From assembly GCA_040220235.1 (NCBI GenBank), contig JAVJTO010000157.1: a stretch of DNA of 64,000 nucleotides; one strand, 5' to 3'. Each line of letters opens with the position of its first letter. The stretch's first letter is position 1. The position numbers and the translations under genes are program-made. The notes beneath the pieces are model-generated. The model did no database searches. It was given only the letters and a program-made list of their open reading frames with translations, and was not told the DNA's origin. This document shows, piece by piece, positions 59,634 through 64,000 of this stretch. This DNA comes from Coleofasciculus sp. B1-GNL1-01 (lineage in GTDB: Bacteria > Cyanobacteriota > Cyanobacteriia > Cyanobacteriales > Coleofasciculaceae).

Positions 59634-60682
59634 GAGTGTATTCTACTATTGGGCATGATCGTTCCGGCTAAGGAGGCGTCACTTAAGTCCGCTCCCATTA
59701 AATTCGCGCCAATTAAATTAGCCCCATTCAGATTAGCATGACTCAAGTTAGCATCCGTTAAATAAGCCAAAAGCAAACCTGCTCGCTGGAGATTCGACTC
59801 CGCTAAGTTGGCATGTTCTAAGTTCGCCTCTAGCAAATTAGCCCCTGACAAATTAGCTTTATATAAATTGGCTCGGTTCAGGTTGGCTTTGCTAAGTTGG
59901 GCGCTCTGCAAATTGGCTTTTTTGAGGAGCAATCCACTGAGATTGGCGAGACTGAGATTCGCATTTTGCAAGTGGGTGCCAGTCAGATTAGCCCCCGTAA
60001 GATTCGCATGACTCAGATTCGCACAACTCAAGTCAGCCCTTGACAAATTAGCATGACTCAAATCAGCACCCTTGAGATCCGCATCACTCAAGTCAGCCCC
60101 TGTTAAATTAGCATCTCGCAAATCTGCCCGATGTAAATAGGCTCGAATACAGCAAGCGCCTCTCAGGTTTGCTCCCCTTAAATCTGCTTGGCTGAGAATG
60201 GCTCGATTTAAGATGACTCCCTGCAAGTCTGCGGCTTTGAGATTAGCGCGACTTAAGCTGGCTCCCGTACAGTTTGCCTTTGCCAGTTTTGCTCGTTTCA
60301 TTTTGGCATCGATCAGACTTGTGCCAATTAAGGTAGCATGTCGTAGATCCGCATTGAGTAGAGTAGCGCCCGTGAGAATCGCACCACTCAAATCTGCTTC
60401 CCTAAGAATTGCAGCCGTCAGATCGGCTTGGGAAAGCGTGGCTTCAATCAATAGTGCATTCTTGAGATCAGCCTTACTTAAATCTGCATCTTTAAGCTGA
60501 GCGCCAATCAGTTTAGCTTTGGCTAAATTAGCTCGCTGTAAATGGGCAGCACTCAAATTAATATGACTCAGGTTGGCTTCAGTTAAATTAGCTCTGATCA
60601 AATTAACTCCGGGGAAATTGCGTTCTCCAGTTTCGTGCAAGTTCAGAATTTTTGCCTTAGTTGAACATTGACTTGATTTCAT
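59630..60682 (-). CDS. Pentapeptide repeat protein
   Basis: Continuous A(D/N)LxxA(D/N)L repeats; GERNF start and TIMP end caps. Confidence 0.95.
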   Translation of the reverse strand: MKSSQCSTKAKILNLHETGERNFPGVNLIRANLTEANLSHINLSAAHLQRANLAKAKLIGAQLKDADLSKADLKNALLIEATLSQADLTAAILREADLSGAILTGATLLNADLRHATLIGTSLIDAKMKRAKLAKANCTGASLSRANLKAADLQGVILNRAILSQADLRGANLRGACCIRAYLHRADLRDANLTGADLSDADLKGADLSHANLSRADLSCANLSHANLTGANLTGTHLQNANLSLANLSGLLLKKANLQSAQLSKANLNRANLYKANLSGANLLEANLEHANLAESNLQRAGLLLAYLTDANLSHANLNGANLIGANLMGADLSDASLAGTIMPNSRIHS

Positions 60683-61861
60683 AAAAAAATTGAATTGATG
60701 TTTTTTGGTTAGCTAAAGACTATCGATTGGGAGAAGAAAAGACGTTTTGAAGTGGTGGTTGCATTCTCTATATATGATGTTAAATAGTAAATAAACGCCA
60801 GTACCAATAAAATTTTCCTCAAAAATTGTCATTGTCAAAAACAAAAAACTCGTCCTTTATAGAGTCGAAAATTAATGTAAATTAAATCCATGTCCCTATA
60901 AAAATATTAGATACTGAGTGCCATGATTTCTGTCTGAACGAGTTCGATAGACTAATCATTGTCAATGATTATCTTTGTCTTGCAATCAATAAATATAAAT
61001 AAGCTTGTGGCAACTCTGTTGGTATCACCTCCAAAAGTTGGCATAATGAAAGCCAAAACAATAGGTGGAATTTATCGCTATTCACGGTTTTAGTTCTCAC
61101 CAATTCCTGAGTCTAGGGCGGTATAAATAAGGAATCAGCGAATAGCTTATTTATACCCTGTCCCTTGGGAAAACTGGAGTTTTTTCTAAGGGGAAAACTA
61201 CGGTCTTCACGGTAAAGGTGGTTGAAGCGAGATAAAGCTAGTCAATATCCCGATCCTGAATCAGGAGATAACTGCTCACCGATATTGGTTATTCCAACCG
61301 CTACAAAAAGTCTTTTCCTGACGATAAATTTTGATGCCAACCAGGTCTGGGCATTAAGCTAGAAAAATCGCTGCTCGTTAATGCCCTAGTGAATTGTACT
61401 GCTGCGCCCGAGTCTTGAGAAGGCGTCATACCGTTGGAGTTGAATTGCGTTAGTTTGTTGTTGTAACCGATCGCCCAATTGTCAGTCGCGATAAAGGAGC
61501 TTCCTTAGATAGCCATCGGTCTCTCGATTAGAGATTCCCTCAGACTATACGTCGCCGACAGGCTGACTTCGATTGGCTTAAAGGATGGCAAGAAGCCACG
61601 TTGATAAAACTCATGCTTTAAAGATAATCCCTGGGTGTCAGATCCGGCAAGGTATGATTGCCTAATGGGGCGGAGATGCCCATTCTGCTCAAAAATCATC
61701 CCCAAGGCGTTCTCATTGCTGTTATTGGGGAGTTGAAAGAACAATTTTTGATTCACGAGTATGGTAAACTCTTGTGATACAGGTTTTACAAACAAGCAAC
61801 GTTCACCTCTATCTGATTCCCTAGGGGCAAACGTTCCGGATGTCTACCGCACACCATACCG

Positions 61862-62893
61862 ATGATAACCACTGCCTCATCCGACCCAAAGCTCTTTGGC
61901 TATTGGGCTTATCTAGCTATTGAAAAACATTTCCAGAGAACCGTTCAGTATGAAACTGATGTTCTCAAGGATAAAGATCCCGAAGCGCTACACCAAATGC
62001 GCGTAGGGATGCGGCGGCTACGGACAGTGGTGAGCGGTTTTGCCCCAGCCCTGGTATTACCCAAAGCTGCTCGTGAGAAAAAGATTGCTAAAGTGGCGCG
62101 ACGGTTGGGACAACTGCGGGATTTGGACATCATGCAAGATGCGCTACAAAATCAGTATCTGCCCACTTTGCCCAACTCTGAACAAAAAATAGGCAAAAAA
62201 GTATTAGCAACGTTGGAAAAGCGGCGTCACCAGGTCTTAGTTCAAGTTCAGAAAACTCTCAAGGATAAACCCTATCAGGAAATGAAACGGGCGTTTCAAG
62301 ATTGGTTGCAGACGCCGACTTACGGAATTTTTGCCGAATTTCCAATTGATCAGATTTTGCCGGATTTACTGTTACCGTTTATGAGTCAGTTTTTCCTCCA
62401 CCCCGCGTGGCTTATGGGTGTACACCTTTCAGACGGACAGAAGCAGGTGGCTCAGGATCTGAGTTTAGAGGATGTGGTTGAACTGTTCAGTGTTCAGGGT
62501 TCAGTGTTGCACAGTTTGCGGAAACAAGCCAAACGAGTGCGTTATCAGATGGAATTATTTACTGACTTTTATGAGACGCCTTATCAGGATTATGTGAACG
62601 AGATTAAATCGATTCAGCGTATTTTGGGACAGATTCAAGACAGTTTCGTCTTGGCAGAATTTCTGTCGGATTGTCTGAACTCAGAAATCAAGAAGAAACT
62701 CCCAACCTTGGTAGAGCAGTTGAGTGGCGATCGTTATCAATTATGGCAGGAATGGCGATCGCTCCAGGAACGATATCTCCATCCCCAAACCCGCAAGGAC
62801 TTGCGTCTAATTGTTGTACACCCAGTAGAGAGTGTGACTCACACCTCATCGGTTAATATCCAAGACGCACAACATGCCAATTTGAGTACATAA
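61862..62893 (+). CDS. CHAD domain protein (polyphosphate-binding family)
   Basis: DPEALHQMRVGMRRLR, LGQLRDLD, LHSLRKQAKRVRYQME, LGQIQD. Confidence 0.92.
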   Translation: MITTASSDPKLFGYWAYLAIEKHFQRTVQYETDVLKDKDPEALHQMRVGMRRLRTVVSGFAPALVLPKAAREKKIAKVARRLGQLRDLDIMQDALQNQYLPTLPNSEQKIGKKVLATLEKRRHQVLVQVQKTLKDKPYQEMKRAFQDWLQTPTYGIFAEFPIDQILPDLLLPFMSQFFLHPAWLMGVHLSDGQKQVAQDLSLEDVVELFSVQGSVLHSLRKQAKRVRYQMELFTDFYETPYQDYVNEIKSIQRILGQIQDSFVLAEFLSDCLNSEIKKKLPTLVEQLSGDRYQLWQEWRSLQERYLHPQTRKDLRLIVVHPVESVTHTSSVNIQDAQHANLST

Positions 62894-63010
62894 CATTAGA
62901 TATTGAGATGATTTAATCTCTTGATTACCGAGCCTTTACCTTGATTGCTTACAGTAGAGCTGCCCTGCTATACCAGCTTGTAAAAATCTGGCTGGAGAGA
63001 GTTGCAGCCC

Positions 63011-63658
63011 ATGATTCCAACTTCCAGAGCCGTTTTGGACGTAAACCCGACTCAATCTCTTGGTCAAGCCGAACTTCAAGATTCACGTCGATTGCATTTT
63101 TATGCGAAAGGCGACAAAATTCCCATAATTTCTCAAGGAGTTTGGCAGGTTTGCCAAGGTTTAGTTCAGCTCAGTACGCTTTGTCAGAATGGGGAAGAAG
63201 TGTGGCTAGGTTGGGCAGAGCCTTCAATGTTTTTTGGTCGTTGGTTTTCTCTGCTGAGTGCTTACCAAGCCACGGCATTGTCTGACGTCCATCTGATTTG
63301 GTTTTCTATAGAGGAGATCAATGCTTCACCGCGATTGGCTCAGATGATATTACCGCAAATCGTCCACCGGATACGCCAAACTGAGGCACTCCTAGCGATC
63401 GCGGGTCAGCGTCGAGTTGAAGATCGTTTACAACACTTGTTGCGGTTAATGCAACAGGAAATGGGTCAACCTGTACCCGACGGGACTCGTTTGAAGATGC
63501 GCCTGACGCACCAAAACCTTGCCAATGCGATCGGTACGACCCGTGTCACCGTCACCCGACTCCTGAACAAGTTAAAAAATCAGGGCAAGATTAGCTTTGA
63601 CAGCGATCGCCACATTATTATTAAACCAGATAGCTTTAAAAATGTTGCTGAGTGGTAA
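63011..63658 (+). CDS. Crp/Fnr family transcriptional regulator (CysR/PtrA-like)
   Basis: C-terminal LTHQNLANAIGTTRVTVTRLL HTH; degenerate cNMP-binding domain; start 63002 or 63011. Confidence 0.9.
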   Translation: MIPTSRAVLDVNPTQSLGQAELQDSRRLHFYAKGDKIPIISQGVWQVCQGLVQLSTLCQNGEEVWLGWAEPSMFFGRWFSLLSAYQATALSDVHLIWFSIEEINASPRLAQMILPQIVHRIRQTEALLAIAGQRRVEDRLQHLLRLMQQEMGQPVPDGTRLKMRLTHQNLANAIGTTRVTVTRLLNKLKNQGKISFDSDRHIIIKPDSFKNVAEW

Positions 63659-64000
63659 GGAATTAGATCGCCGACTTCTGCAAGAACTTGGGGATCTGGA
63701 CTAGCCAAAGCCAGATCTTAGATGCAGCCGTTTTGAGCTTCATGATTCTGTCCTCCGTCTTTCCAGGACGAAGGATAAATTTTTTTGTCAATATCCGCTA
63801 TATCTTCTCGGATTGAACGCCAGAGAACGCTACTGTCAGAGAAATTTAGGCATTCCCTGACAAACAATAAGCCACTTAATGCGATCGTTTATCCCGATCC
63901 GGCGAGACTATCTCTACTGACAAGGAAGCGATAGGGGCGAATGAATCGCGTTTTATGAGAAAACTTGTTTTCATGGTATTCATCCTCACAGGTATAATAC

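Noticed and set aside
61505..61795. 96-aa minus-strand ORF
   Set aside because: TTG start, no recognisable motif; unsupported.

Overview
A chromosomal window from a filamentous cyanobacterium, inferred from frequent HIP1 GCGATCGC octamers, heptamer tandem repeats, GTAG-type REPs, PEP-CTERM and pentapeptide proteins; the style resembles Coleofasciculus/Oscillatoriales. It holds about 50 CDSs and no rRNA, tRNA or CRISPR array that I can see. Housekeeping genes: surE, argB, rtcB, a 7Fe ferredoxin and a PiT transporter. Signalling genes are dense: a CyaB1-type adenylate cyclase, a four-gene His-kinase/response-regulator cluster containing an ETR1-type ethylene-binding kinase, an OmpR/CHASE3 pair, a DICT-GAF kinase, a degenerate HD-GYP protein and a degenerate-GGDEF/EAL protein. 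Accessory highlights: (1) a 1567-aa fusion of alpha-solenoid repeats, a non-cyanobacterial-type Hsp70 and an intact trypsin-like protease (28955..33658), the best candidate for an undescribed system; (2) a controller-regulated BstXI-family restriction-modification locus whose methyltransferase carries an internal HTH and resembles the M.EcoGII family; (3) a RecD2 helicase lacking its N-terminal OB domain and carrying an extra C-terminal domain; (4) an IS200/IS605 tnpB right-end remnant; (5) nested MITE/REP elements. All family calls come from motif recognition by eye; no searches were run.
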